Assembly: GCA_963675295.2 (NCBI GenBank)
Contig: CAXXKJ010000002.1
Location: 3,104,001-3,168,000, forward strand
From: a bacterium
GTDB lineage: Bacteria > Electryoneota > Electryoneia > Electryoneales > Electryoneaceae
Length of the DNA stretch: 64,000 bases
Direction of reading: 5' to 3'
The position numbers and the translations under genes were made by a program. Below, one piece after another: positions 18,415 to 27,340 of the stretch. The notes under the pieces were generated by a model. The model had not been told where the DNA came from and made no database searches. It saw nothing but the letters and a program-made list of their open reading frames with translations. The first letter of the stretch is position 1. Each line of letters starts with the position of its first letter.

Positions 18415-19146
18415 GTGATGAAGTCGTCTCGCTGGTTTGTGATCGGTTTGGTTTTTGTGATCGGGATCGTGTTGCTGCAGCCGGTGCCGGCGCAGTCTCA
18501 GAACCGTGGCTGGGAACGGTTCTACGAGGAGAATCTCGACCATTTCGTGCAATTCGGCCTCGAGAACGGTGTCAACCTCGCATGGGCACACCGGTTCCAG
18601 GAAACGAACTTCCTGCGCTACGGGTTGGATCTGCGGCTTGAGGACGGCACTCGTGACGACAAGTGGGTCAGGCCGGACACCACCACCTGGCAAAACGAGT
18701 CGACCGATCAATTCAATATCCGGCTGCATGTCGACTACCTGAAGCCCGTTTATCCGTATGAGGCGGTTCGTCTGTATATCGGCGCGGGTCCGTTGTTTGG
18801 CTTGACTTGGTCCAACGACGAATTTTCGGAGCCGGTGGATCCAAATCTCGGCCTGCCGAACGAGAAACGCACGAGCGAGTACCAATCCTGGGAGATGGGC
18901 GCACGGGCGCTTGTCGGCGGCGAATATGCGCTCAACAGCCGTCTCAGCTTCTTCGCCGAGGTCAGCTTCGATGTTGTCCATATCTGGTCAAAAAGCGAGC
19001 AGAAGCGGAACGACCTGAGGTACGATGCCAACAGCGATTCGTATAGCATGGAATACTCGGTGTACACCGTCGAGAACAAGGACTGGGACATCGACATGAG
19101 CAACGTGATGATCGGCGTGACCTTCCGCTACGGCGAGGCACCCTGA
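18415..19146 (+). CDS. Small outer-membrane beta-barrel protein (paralog 1)
   Basis: Signal peptide; LYIGAGP, GARALVGGEY, MIGVTFRY strands. Confidence 0.7.
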   Translation: MMKSSRWFVIGLVFVIGIVLLQPVPAQSQNRGWERFYEENLDHFVQFGLENGVNLAWAHRFQETNFLRYGLDLRLEDGTRDDKWVRPDTTTWQNESTDQFNIRLHVDYLKPVYPYEAVRLYIGAGPLFGLTWSNDEFSEPVDPNLGLPNEKRTSEYQSWEMGARALVGGEYALNSRLSFFAEVSFDVVHIWSKSEQKRNDLRYDANSDSYSMEYSVYTVENKDWDIDMSNVMIGVTFRYGEAP

Positions 19147-19526
19147 TCACACGGTGCTACAGTGTTGCTGTGATATAGCGTGCGTGATCCAGTCCCGGGT
19201 TGCGCACGTTTTCTCTCTCCGGGTAGCCCCGCTTTCACGCCTGTGTGTTCTTTGCCCCACAGCCGTATCCTCCGCCCCACGCCTGCCACCGGTCGATCTG
19301 GCGGATGGCTCCTCGCTGCCCGAGCCTGAGAGACTTCGCATCCTTGTTGTATGAACAAACTTGACGGCTATCTCCCTGCTTTTGGGAGTCATTGGCATCT
19401 CCTTTGCGTGCTTTTCGGGCAGAATTGGAGGGAACAACCATCGTTTTCAAGCGTTCGTCATCATCTATGGAGATTCAATTCGATTGATAGATTCGGAGGG
19501 ATTTTTTTAACTTGGAGAGGGGCATC

Positions 19527-20246
19527 ATGAACACGAAGCATGGTTTGCTTGCTGGAATCATTGTACTCTTGCTATTAGTAATGGCATTACCCGTATCTTC
19601 AGGACTTTTTGAAGACGATGAAGAGTATTACAGCGATGATCACCCGAATATGATCCAGTTTGGACTGGATGAGACGGTCACCCTGGCTTGGGCACACCGG
19701 GCGTTCGGTGAGTACCTGATCCGCTACGGTGTCGACCTCAACTATTGGGGTTCGGACGAGGAGATAACCCGGACCTACGCGGACCCGGACACGACGCTGT
19801 TCGACGCGGGTAGCGGCCACGACTATTACACCAGCCTGCATGTCGATTTCATCAAGCCGTTCGAACCTTACAAGCAGGTGCGTGTGTATGTCGGCGGTGG
19901 CCCGTTCTTCAGCTGGGGTGACCACGAAACCCGTGACAAGGTTTTGATTGATCAGGACTACAATCTCCCTGACTATTTCGCCAAATACACGACGCAAACC
20001 AGCCGTGTCGGTGCGCGTGCGCTGGTCGGCGGTGAGTTTGCGATCAATCAACGCGTTGGTGTCTTCTTCGAAACCGGGATCAAGGCGTACCAGGAATGGA
20101 AAGCGTACAACAACTACGAGAAACAGCCCCTGTTTGACCCGGTTGCTCAGTCCTACTACTATGCTGATCACAAGCGGGAGTACGATTATTCCCGTTGGAA
20201 TGTGAACATGGACAACGTGATGATCGGAATCACGTTCCGCTACTAA
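19527..20246 (+). CDS. Small outer-membrane beta-barrel protein (paralog 2)
   Basis: Signal peptide; VYVGGGP, GARALVGGEF, terminal MIGITFRY; visibly homologous to 18415-19146. Confidence 0.7.
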   Translation: MNTKHGLLAGIIVLLLLVMALPVSSGLFEDDEEYYSDDHPNMIQFGLDETVTLAWAHRAFGEYLIRYGVDLNYWGSDEEITRTYADPDTTLFDAGSGHDYYTSLHVDFIKPFEPYKQVRVYVGGGPFFSWGDHETRDKVLIDQDYNLPDYFAKYTTQTSRVGARALVGGEFAINQRVGVFFETGIKAYQEWKAYNNYEKQPLFDPVAQSYYYADHKREYDYSRWNVNMDNVMIGITFRY

Positions 20247-20403
20247 GTTTCAGTTGATGGATCTGTTCTGAACGCGCCCAATCGCGATTCAGACGTCACC
20301 CGGCTCCCGGATTGCCCCATGCACGGTTCGGAGCCGGGTGATTCACGTTGTACCTTGCCGTGCGAATCGAACCCCGAATTTGCAGACAGCCGAACGCGTC
20401 ATC

Positions 20404-23265
20404 ATGCAGAAACCCCTGTTGCGCAAAGCACTCAACCTCGAGCCCGGTGAGGGGAAACGGGCGGCGTTGATGTTCAGCTATATCTTCCTGCTGATCGCTA
20501 CGTTGCTCGTGGTCAAGCCGGTGCGCAACTCGCTGTTCCTCACCCATTTCGGCATTGAAATGCTGCCGTACGCGTTCCTGCTCGTGGCGGTGGTATCCGG
20601 CGTGTTCGTCGCGATTTACACCCGTGTTGCGAACAAGGTCCGGCTGGATAGATTGATCCAGTATACGCTGGGCAGCAGTGTCGCGACAATCATCATCCTC
20701 TGGCTGTTGTTGCAGCTGCACTATGAGGCCGGGTGGTTCTTCTTCCTGCTCTATGTCTGGGTGGCGATCTTCGGGGTGCTGGTCACGACACAGTTCTGGC
20801 TGCTCGCGAATTATGTGTTCAACGTCCGCGAGGCGAAACGCATCTTCGGCCTGCTCGGCGCGGGCGGGATCGCCGGTGGCATCTTCGGCGGCTATTTCAC
20901 CAATATCCTCGCCCCGTTCGCCGGTAGCGAGGACTTGCTGCTGTTTGGTGCGTTGTTCCTGATCGGGTGCATGGTGCTGGTGCAGTTTGTCTGGTCCATG
21001 GGCGCGCAGGAAGCCTACCGCGAACAGACCCAGCGCCGCCGCAAGCGTCAGAGCGCGGACTTCGAAGGCGCAAACCCACTGCAGATTGTCTTTGGTAACC
21101 GCTATTTAACCCTGCTCGCGACGCTGATTGGAATCGGTGTCATCATCGCCAACCTCGTCGACTACCAGTACAGCGCGATCGCGACTTCGGTGATTACGGA
21201 CGAGGACAAGCTGACCGCCTTCTTTGGGTTCTGGCTGTCAACGTTGAGCGTCTTCTCGCTGGTAATTCAGCTGTTGCTAACCAGCCGCGTACTGCGACGC
21301 TACGGTGTCGGCGGATCGTTGTACTTCCTCCCCGGCGGTGTTCTCGTCGGATCGATCATGGTGCTGATCTCCGGCGGATTGACCTCGGCGGTGATGATCA
21401 AGCTGTTCGAGGGCGGGTTCAAGCAGTCGATCCACAAGGCCGGGCTGGAACTGTTGTGGTTGCCGATTCCGACCTCTGTGAAGAACCGGGTCAAGGCGTT
21501 CATTGATATCTTTGTCGACAACACCGCCACCGGCATTGGCGGCCTGCTGCTGATCCTGCTCGCCGACCAGCTCGGCTGGGGAATTGGCGGGGTCAGCGGG
21601 CTGATTATCGGGCTGGTCGCGGTGTGGCTGGTGTTGAATGTGATCGTGCGGCGTGAGTACGTGCAATCCTTCCGCACGGCGATCGAAAAGCGCAGCATCC
21701 GTCTCGATCAGCAGGTGGTCAACGCCCAGGATCCGGCGCTGCTGGAAACAGTCATTCCGGCGCTGGAAACCGGCAACCAGAAGCAGGTGCTGTACGCGCT
21801 GGACCTGATCGAGCATGTGCGGCACGAGGAGATCAAGAAACGACTCACCGCCGTGTTCGAACGGCATCCCTCGCGGGATGTGATCACCCGTGTGTTGCAC
21901 AATGCGTTGCACTATGACGATCTCGACCTGCGTGACATGCTGCAGCCGTACCTGGAGCATGAGGACGCCGAGATCCGGGTCGCGGTGGTGACGTACCTGG
22001 TGACCTGGGCGGACGATCAGGCTGCGGCGTTGACGGAGCTGCTCGCCAATAACAGTGTGCGTGTGCGCATGGCGGCGCTACGTGTGACAGCAGAACTGGG
22101 AAGGCACCAGAAGAATGTCCGCACCGCAATCGATTTTCAGCGGCAGTTTGAAAGCCTGCTGATGCTGTTCGACGAACAGACGGCAGGCGAGGAACCGGAT
22201 GAGGAGTTGATCAGCGCGTTGCGTGTCGAGCTGGCGGAGGTGCTGGGTGCGGTGAACCTGCCGGAGCTGTACCCGTACCTGCACATGCTGCTCGCGGATG
22301 AGTCGGTTCCGGTGCTGCGTGCGGCGGTGCGTGCGGCAGGATCAACGCAGTCGGACGAATTCCTCTACACGCTGGTCGCGCACCTGAACACCAAGTATGT
22401 GCGCAAAACCGCCCGTGACGCGCTCGCGATGTACGGCGAGGCGCAGATCCCGATGTTCATCGATCGGCTCAACGATCCCACCGAGAACCAGTACATCCGG
22501 CTCAGCATTCCGGGCGTGCTCGCACGGATCGGGACTCAGGCCGCCGCCAAGGCGTTGCAGGACAATCTCGTCCAGGACAACATTCACTTGCGGCACGAAT
22601 GCATCCGTTCGTTGAACCGGCTGCGCAACGAGTACGAAGATCTGCGGCTCGATCGTTCGCAGCTGGACGAAAACCTGCTCGAGGAAGCGCGAACGTATTA
22701 CTTCACACTCGAGATACTGCAGCAGCAGGTGGATGGGCGGGATAGCGTTGCGTCGCGTTTCGCGTCTGAGAATTTTCCGCGTGCCCGTAAGCTGCTGGTC
22801 CGGGCGTTGGAAGAGCGGCTCGATCGTAATCTCGAGATCATCTTCCGGCTGCTGGGACTGCGTTACGTGCCGGAAGACATGAAGAACGCGTACATGCAGG
22901 TGACCGGTTTGAAAATGGACTTGCGTGCGGACGCAATCGAGTTTCTCGACAACGTGCTCGATCAGAAGTTGAAACGGGTTGTGTTGCCGATGGTGGAAAC
23001 GCCGAACGTGGATGTTAAACTCGAGCATGGACGCGAGTTGTTCAGCCACGATCCGCCGTCCGGCGAGTATTGCCTGCAGATGCTGCTCGAAGGCGACGAC
23101 GATTGGCTCAAGGTGTGTACTTTGTATGCGATCGGCGAGAGTGGTGACCGGTCGTTGAGCCCGATGGTTGAGGCGCATCTGATGGCCAGCGAGCGTATCG
23201 TTCGGGAAACAGCTGATCTCGCCTACCGCCGGCTGAATATTGAACTCGACAAGATGGGAGCGTAA
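20404..23265 (+). CDS. NTT-family nucleotide transporter fused to HEAT repeats
   Basis: VKPVRNSLFL, REAKRIFG, VDYQY, KQSIHKAGLELLWLP, RVKAFID, followed by HEAT-like repeats (DAEIRVAVV, SVRVRMAAL, IVRETADLA). Confidence 0.88.
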   Translation: MQKPLLRKALNLEPGEGKRAALMFSYIFLLIATLLVVKPVRNSLFLTHFGIEMLPYAFLLVAVVSGVFVAIYTRVANKVRLDRLIQYTLGSSVATIIILWLLLQLHYEAGWFFFLLYVWVAIFGVLVTTQFWLLANYVFNVREAKRIFGLLGAGGIAGGIFGGYFTNILAPFAGSEDLLLFGALFLIGCMVLVQFVWSMGAQEAYREQTQRRRKRQSADFEGANPLQIVFGNRYLTLLATLIGIGVIIANLVDYQYSAIATSVITDEDKLTAFFGFWLSTLSVFSLVIQLLLTSRVLRRYGVGGSLYFLPGGVLVGSIMVLISGGLTSAVMIKLFEGGFKQSIHKAGLELLWLPIPTSVKNRVKAFIDIFVDNTATGIGGLLLILLADQLGWGIGGVSGLIIGLVAVWLVLNVIVRREYVQSFRTAIEKRSIRLDQQVVNAQDPALLETVIPALETGNQKQVLYALDLIEHVRHEEIKKRLTAVFERHPSRDVITRVLHNALHYDDLDLRDMLQPYLEHEDAEIRVAVVTYLVTWADDQAAALTELLANNSVRVRMAALRVTAELGRHQKNVRTAIDFQRQFESLLMLFDEQTAGEEPDEELISALRVELAEVLGAVNLPELYPYLHMLLADESVPVLRAAVRAAGSTQSDEFLYTLVAHLNTKYVRKTARDALAMYGEAQIPMFIDRLNDPTENQYIRLSIPGVLARIGTQAAAKALQDNLVQDNIHLRHECIRSLNRLRNEYEDLRLDRSQLDENLLEEARTYYFTLEILQQQVDGRDSVASRFASENFPRARKLLVRALEERLDRNLEIIFRLLGLRYVPEDMKNAYMQVTGLKMDLRADAIEFLDNVLDQKLKRVVLPMVETPNVDVKLEHGRELFSHDPPSGEYCLQMLLEGDDDWLKVCTLYAIGESGDRSLSPMVEAHLMASERIVRETADLAYRRLNIELDKMGA

Positions 23266-23273
23266 ACCAACCG

Positions 23274-23705
23274 ATGCTGACCACGGTCGAAAAAGTCATC
23301 TTTCTGCAGGACATTGATGTCTTCCAGAGCATCAGCACGTCCGACCTCGCCTATCTCGCCGCGATCACGGAGGAGATGGAAGCGGACGAGGGCAGCGTGC
23401 TGTTCAAGGAAGGGGACGCGTCCGACTCGATGTTCATGGTGATCGAGGGCACCGTCCGCTTGCTGCGGAACGACGCCGAGGTGATGACCGCCGGGTTCAA
23501 GGACGTGTTCGGCACGTGGGCGCTGTTCGACGACGAACCGCGCATGGTTCGCGCGGAGGTGACGGAACGCGCTCGTCTGCTGCGCATCGACAAGGACGAC
23601 TTCATCGACCTGCTCGCCGATCACGTGCAGATCACCCAGGGTGTGTTCAAGGCGATGGTCGGACGTTTGCGTGGATTGGCCAGCCGTTTCAACAAGCAGG
23701 ACTAG
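23274..23705 (+). CDS. Cyclic-nucleotide-binding domain protein
   Basis: LTTVEKVIFLQDIDVF, LFKEGD, MFMVIEGTV, FGTWALFDDEPR. Confidence 0.88.
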   Translation: MLTTVEKVIFLQDIDVFQSISTSDLAYLAAITEEMEADEGSVLFKEGDASDSMFMVIEGTVRLLRNDAEVMTAGFKDVFGTWALFDDEPRMVRAEVTERARLLRIDKDDFIDLLADHVQITQGVFKAMVGRLRGLASRFNKQD

Positions 23706-23854
23706 AGTTTCCCACCTTCCCAGGTTCTCCGTGGAGCGCCCCGCTCCGGGCTCAAAGTTCCGCTCGGGCGATCCTCTTTCCCCTATCTTAGCGTCATTCT
23801 CGTTGATCGTGAACGGGGTGTCTGTACTCCCCCCAGCAGGTGTCGGAGGCTGTG

Positions 23855-24331
23855 ATGAATGAAGAGGAACTGACGATTGTCGTTGTGGACGATGAGGAGA
23901 TGGTGGTCTCCAGCATCGAATCGTTCCTCTCCCTGGAAACGGAATACAACGTCGAAACCTTCACCTCGGCGAAGGATGCGCTGGCGTATATCGAGAAGAA
24001 CGAGATCGATCTCGTGGTCTCGGACTACCTGATGCCGGAGATGAACGGCATCCAGTTCCTCGGCCAGGTTCGCAAGCTGCAGCCGAACACGCCGCGCATC
24101 ATCCTCACCGGTTACGCCGACAAGGAAAACGCGATCAAGGCGATCAACGAGGTCGGCCTGTTCCAGTACATCGAGAAGCCGTGGGAAAATGAGGATCTGC
24201 TGATCATTTTCCGCAACGCGCTGGAGAAGAAACGGTTGATGGAACAGTTGAAGGAAAAAATCGACCAGATCAACAAAGCCTACACCGATTTCAACGATCT
24301 GCAGAAGGAGATCGTGAAGACGTTTATTTGA
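23855..24331 (+). CDS. Response regulator (receiver domain + short coiled coil)
   Basis: VVVDDE, SDYLMPEMNG, LTGYAD, YIEKPW. Confidence 0.92.
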   Translation: MNEEELTIVVVDDEEMVVSSIESFLSLETEYNVETFTSAKDALAYIEKNEIDLVVSDYLMPEMNGIQFLGQVRKLQPNTPRIILTGYADKENAIKAINEVGLFQYIEKPWENEDLLIIFRNALEKKRLMEQLKEKIDQINKAYTDFNDLQKEIVKTFI

Positions 24332-24491
24332 AAGCCATTAAGGGGCACTCCTGCTCTGGTATCATCGCGTGCGTACTTCACCGATCCCATACGATCCTTT
24401 AATGCGGGCAAGAAATTGTCTATGACTATTATTCTCAATTGTTTCATTGTATATTTCCTCTAAGAGCCTAGTTAGGTATACTTATCTGTTA

Positions 24492-24502
24492 CCCCCCCCC
24501 CC
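24492..24502. repeat. Poly-C tract (C11)
   Basis: Homopolymer in AT-rich intergenic DNA, ~80 bp upstream of 24585. Confidence 0.9.
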
Positions 24503-24584
24503 ATGACTCGCTCATTATATATGCATCTATTAGACATCCATGCACGGCGGGTGCGTGGAAATACTAGTAGAGGGGGAAAATCTC

Positions 24585-24986
24585 ATGAGAACCAGAACTC
24601 TGTTATGTTTTGTCGTTTTACTGAGTGTTTGTCTTGCTGCCGGTATCTCAATTGCTACCAGTTGGGATGATACATTGACCCCAGAATTCGGAAATAATTA
24701 CACTGAATATGTGGTCGCTGGGAATGCCGGTCAATGTTACGGATACGGTCTGATTGACTGCGACACTGATTGTCCATCATATGGCGAAATTCACCATCAG
24801 ATTCTTATCTACGAGGGAGGAGCTATCTTTTTGTTGGCTGACGATATGGCGGAGGAAGATGTTATTGACGACTCGCAACTTTGCAGCCTCTTTACAAGTG
24901 CCACTTTGTCATTCCATATGAACGATGTTGAAAATGCAGAATTTACTGGAAGTTCTTATTTTCTGTTTCAGTTACCTGCTGAGTAG
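24585..24986 (+). CDS. Small secreted acidic hypothetical protein (AT-rich)
   Basis: GAGGGG RBS, signal peptide, several Cys; no family recognised. Confidence 0.6.
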   Translation: MRTRTLLCFVVLLSVCLAAGISIATSWDDTLTPEFGNNYTEYVVAGNAGQCYGYGLIDCDTDCPSYGEIHHQILIYEGGAIFLLADDMAEEDVIDDSQLCSLFTSATLSFHMNDVENAEFTGSSYFLFQLPAE

Positions 24987-25003
24987 GTTCTAGAGAAATT
25001 CAA

Positions 25004-25040
25004 TAGAAGTAGATAGGATCTTTGATTCTATCTACTTCTA
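25004..25040. terminator. Intergenic hairpin (terminator or mRNA-stability element)
   Basis: TAGAAGTAGATAGGATC-TTT-GATTCTATCTACTTCTA. Confidence 0.5.
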
Positions 25041-25089
25041 CTCTCTCTATTAGTTTCTAACCCAAATATAAGCCATACTGGAGATAAAC

Positions 25090-27069
25090 ATGTTTAGAAG
25101 CAGTTGTTTGTTCAGGTTTGTTTACTTTTTAATATTAATATCCATTGCTGAAAGCAATGCAGATATTATTCACGTACCTGCTGAATACTCACTTATTCAA
25201 GATGCTTTTAATTTCTCTACGGAGGGTGATACTGTATTGCTTGCTCCAGGCTATTATGAGGAGTCTGTCGTCCTTTCCAATCACGGAATCACATTGGCAA
25301 GCAATTTTATATTTAATAACGATACCACGACAGTTCAACATACAATTATGACTTCCGTTGAAGGTCACAGGACAATCACCATTGACACAACTGTAACTAC
25401 GAGTTTTACAGCTATCGGTTTATCATTTTTAAATAGCAATTTCGTAACTGAACTCTCAGTTGGTAGTGTACTGTATGCGGATACAATTACTGTAAATATT
25501 AATAATTGCATTGTTTCAAATAATATTGCTTATTTCAGTGCTATTCACACTAATTATAGTGATTTATATCTTTATAACAACTTGTTTTCTTTTAATACTG
25601 CACTATGGGCTGGAGGAGCTGTCAGCGTAAATCATGGCCATATTCATTTTGAGAATAATAGATTTATTAATAATATCAGCGAGGATTATGCAGGTGCAAT
25701 ATCTACAATAAGCATTTCAGGCGAAATTATTAACAATATTTTTGATAGTAATTACGCACCTTGGGTTGGAGGTGCAATACATGTTGGTTCACCAAGTGAT
25801 TATCCTGAAACAGAAAGTCTTACTATTTTTAATAATTTATTTAGGGATAATACGGCTTCACAAGGAGGTGCTTTGAATTTTTCCTGGATGGATGAGCTAG
25901 ATATTTATGATAATATATTTGTAAATAACGTTGCGTGGGATATTTCACAGCCATCAATTGGTGGCGCGATGTTCATAGGTGCAGGAGGTGTTCATGTGGA
26001 TATTCATGATAACGAATTTTATCATAACTCATCTCTAATGGAGGGTGCTGTTACAATATTTATGTCATCTGCTGACTTTCATGATAATTTACTCTTTAGA
26101 AATCGTGGTGATATTAAATACGTACTGGGAACAATAAATACGGACAGTATTAGTGTTATTATACATGATAATTTGATATTTGAATCTTCAAGGATCAATC
26201 CGGACTATCCGTATGATAGAGGAGCTGTATCAGCCGATCCAGGAGCCAATATGGATGTTTACCACAATGATTTTATTGGAAATCAAGGCTATGCAGCAGG
26301 AAGAAATCCAGTTTGGGATGTTGATTTGGACGTTCTGAACAACTATTGGGGTGATCCGACAGGCCCATATCATGAAACGCAAAATCCCTTGGGAATGGGT
26401 GACACAGTCATGTCTGTACTTGATGTCATTCCATTTTCGATTTCCCCATTTACAACTCGCTGGCTGCATGCACCTCAGCCGCTTGAACTGGTACTGCCTG
26501 TCGAGGGCGACTTCCTTAGCGAGGACACGGTAACGTTCCTCTGGCACACAGCTCCTGATTCCACACCTCACGACACACTTCGTTATACACTAATAATATC
26601 TGATTCACCGGAATTTACCACGGTCACGTTCATTGACACGGATACAGATACAGCAACAACTGTCACCGGACTCAATTGGGAATACTCCTACTATTGGCGA
26701 GTTGAGGCACGCGATATTTACGACCTGCGGACGTATTCCACTGAGACACGTTCGTTCATGCTGACAGAGGTTCCCGAGCCTCAAACCGCCGGTCTACCCA
26801 GAGAATGGGCGATTGACCACATCTATCCGAATCCGTTCAACCGCATGACACAAATTGTTCTCTCTGTCCCAGGAGCGGCTACATCGATTCCGGTCCAGGT
26901 CGACATATTTGATTTGCAGGGACGGTTGGTTGATACCCTGCACGGCGGTGTGTTGGCTGCTGGACAACGGCGTTTGTTATGGCAACCAAAGAGCGCTGCA
27001 GGGATGTATTTCATCCGTGTAACCGCCGGAAACTGGCAGGCAATGAGGAAAGTTGTTTACCTCAAGTAA
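25090..27069 (+). CDS. Secreted right-handed beta-helix protein with FN3-like and C-terminal PNPFN sorting domain
   Basis: IIHVPAEYSLIQDA..GDTVLLAPGYY; GGA(I/V)..FxxN repeats; NNYWGDPTGP; YPNPFN..GMYFIRV..KVVYLK. Confidence 0.85.
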   Translation: MFRSSCLFRFVYFLILISIAESNADIIHVPAEYSLIQDAFNFSTEGDTVLLAPGYYEESVVLSNHGITLASNFIFNNDTTTVQHTIMTSVEGHRTITIDTTVTTSFTAIGLSFLNSNFVTELSVGSVLYADTITVNINNCIVSNNIAYFSAIHTNYSDLYLYNNLFSFNTALWAGGAVSVNHGHIHFENNRFINNISEDYAGAISTISISGEIINNIFDSNYAPWVGGAIHVGSPSDYPETESLTIFNNLFRDNTASQGGALNFSWMDELDIYDNIFVNNVAWDISQPSIGGAMFIGAGGVHVDIHDNEFYHNSSLMEGAVTIFMSSADFHDNLLFRNRGDIKYVLGTINTDSISVIIHDNLIFESSRINPDYPYDRGAVSADPGANMDVYHNDFIGNQGYAAGRNPVWDVDLDVLNNYWGDPTGPYHETQNPLGMGDTVMSVLDVIPFSISPFTTRWLHAPQPLELVLPVEGDFLSEDTVTFLWHTAPDSTPHDTLRYTLIISDSPEFTTVTFIDTDTDTATTVTGLNWEYSYYWRVEARDIYDLRTYSTETRSFMLTEVPEPQTAGLPREWAIDHIYPNPFNRMTQIVLSVPGAATSIPVQVDIFDLQGRLVDTLHGGVLAAGQRRLLWQPKSAAGMYFIRVTAGNWQAMRKVVYLK

Positions 27070-27179
27070 CGCCTGCCAGTCCAACCTCGTTTGATCATGA
27101 ACACTCTGCTTGTTTTCATGAGTCTTTTTGGCCAGTTCATTCGCCTCCGGTGATGATTCTCAAATCCTGGAAACAGACG

Positions 27180-27215
27180 AATCGGGGACACTTACTCCGT
27201 TAAGTGTCCCCGATT
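27180..27215. repeat. REP-like palindrome, copy 1 (GGGGACACTT family)
   Basis: AATCGGGGACACTTA-CTCCGT-TAAGTGTCCCCGATT. Confidence 0.85.
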
Positions 27216-27240
27216 AATCTAGTACACACTGTGTATCTAT

Positions 27241-27290
27241 TCCTGCCTTTTCCTGCCTTTTCCTGTCTTTTCCTGTCTTTTACTGTCTTT
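27241..27290. repeat. 10-bp tandem repeat x5 (TCCTGYCTTT, last unit degenerate)
   Basis: Read directly from the sequence. Confidence 0.85.
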
Positions 27291-27340
27291 TAATTTCTCT
27301 TACTTCGTACTTCCTTTCGACTTTGTACTCCAGTACTTCC

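Noticed and set aside
24986-25062. Possible integron attC between AT-rich genes
   Set aside because: Ends read GTT...AAC, the reverse of the RYYYAAC...GTTRRRY arrangement; no integron integrase is seen.
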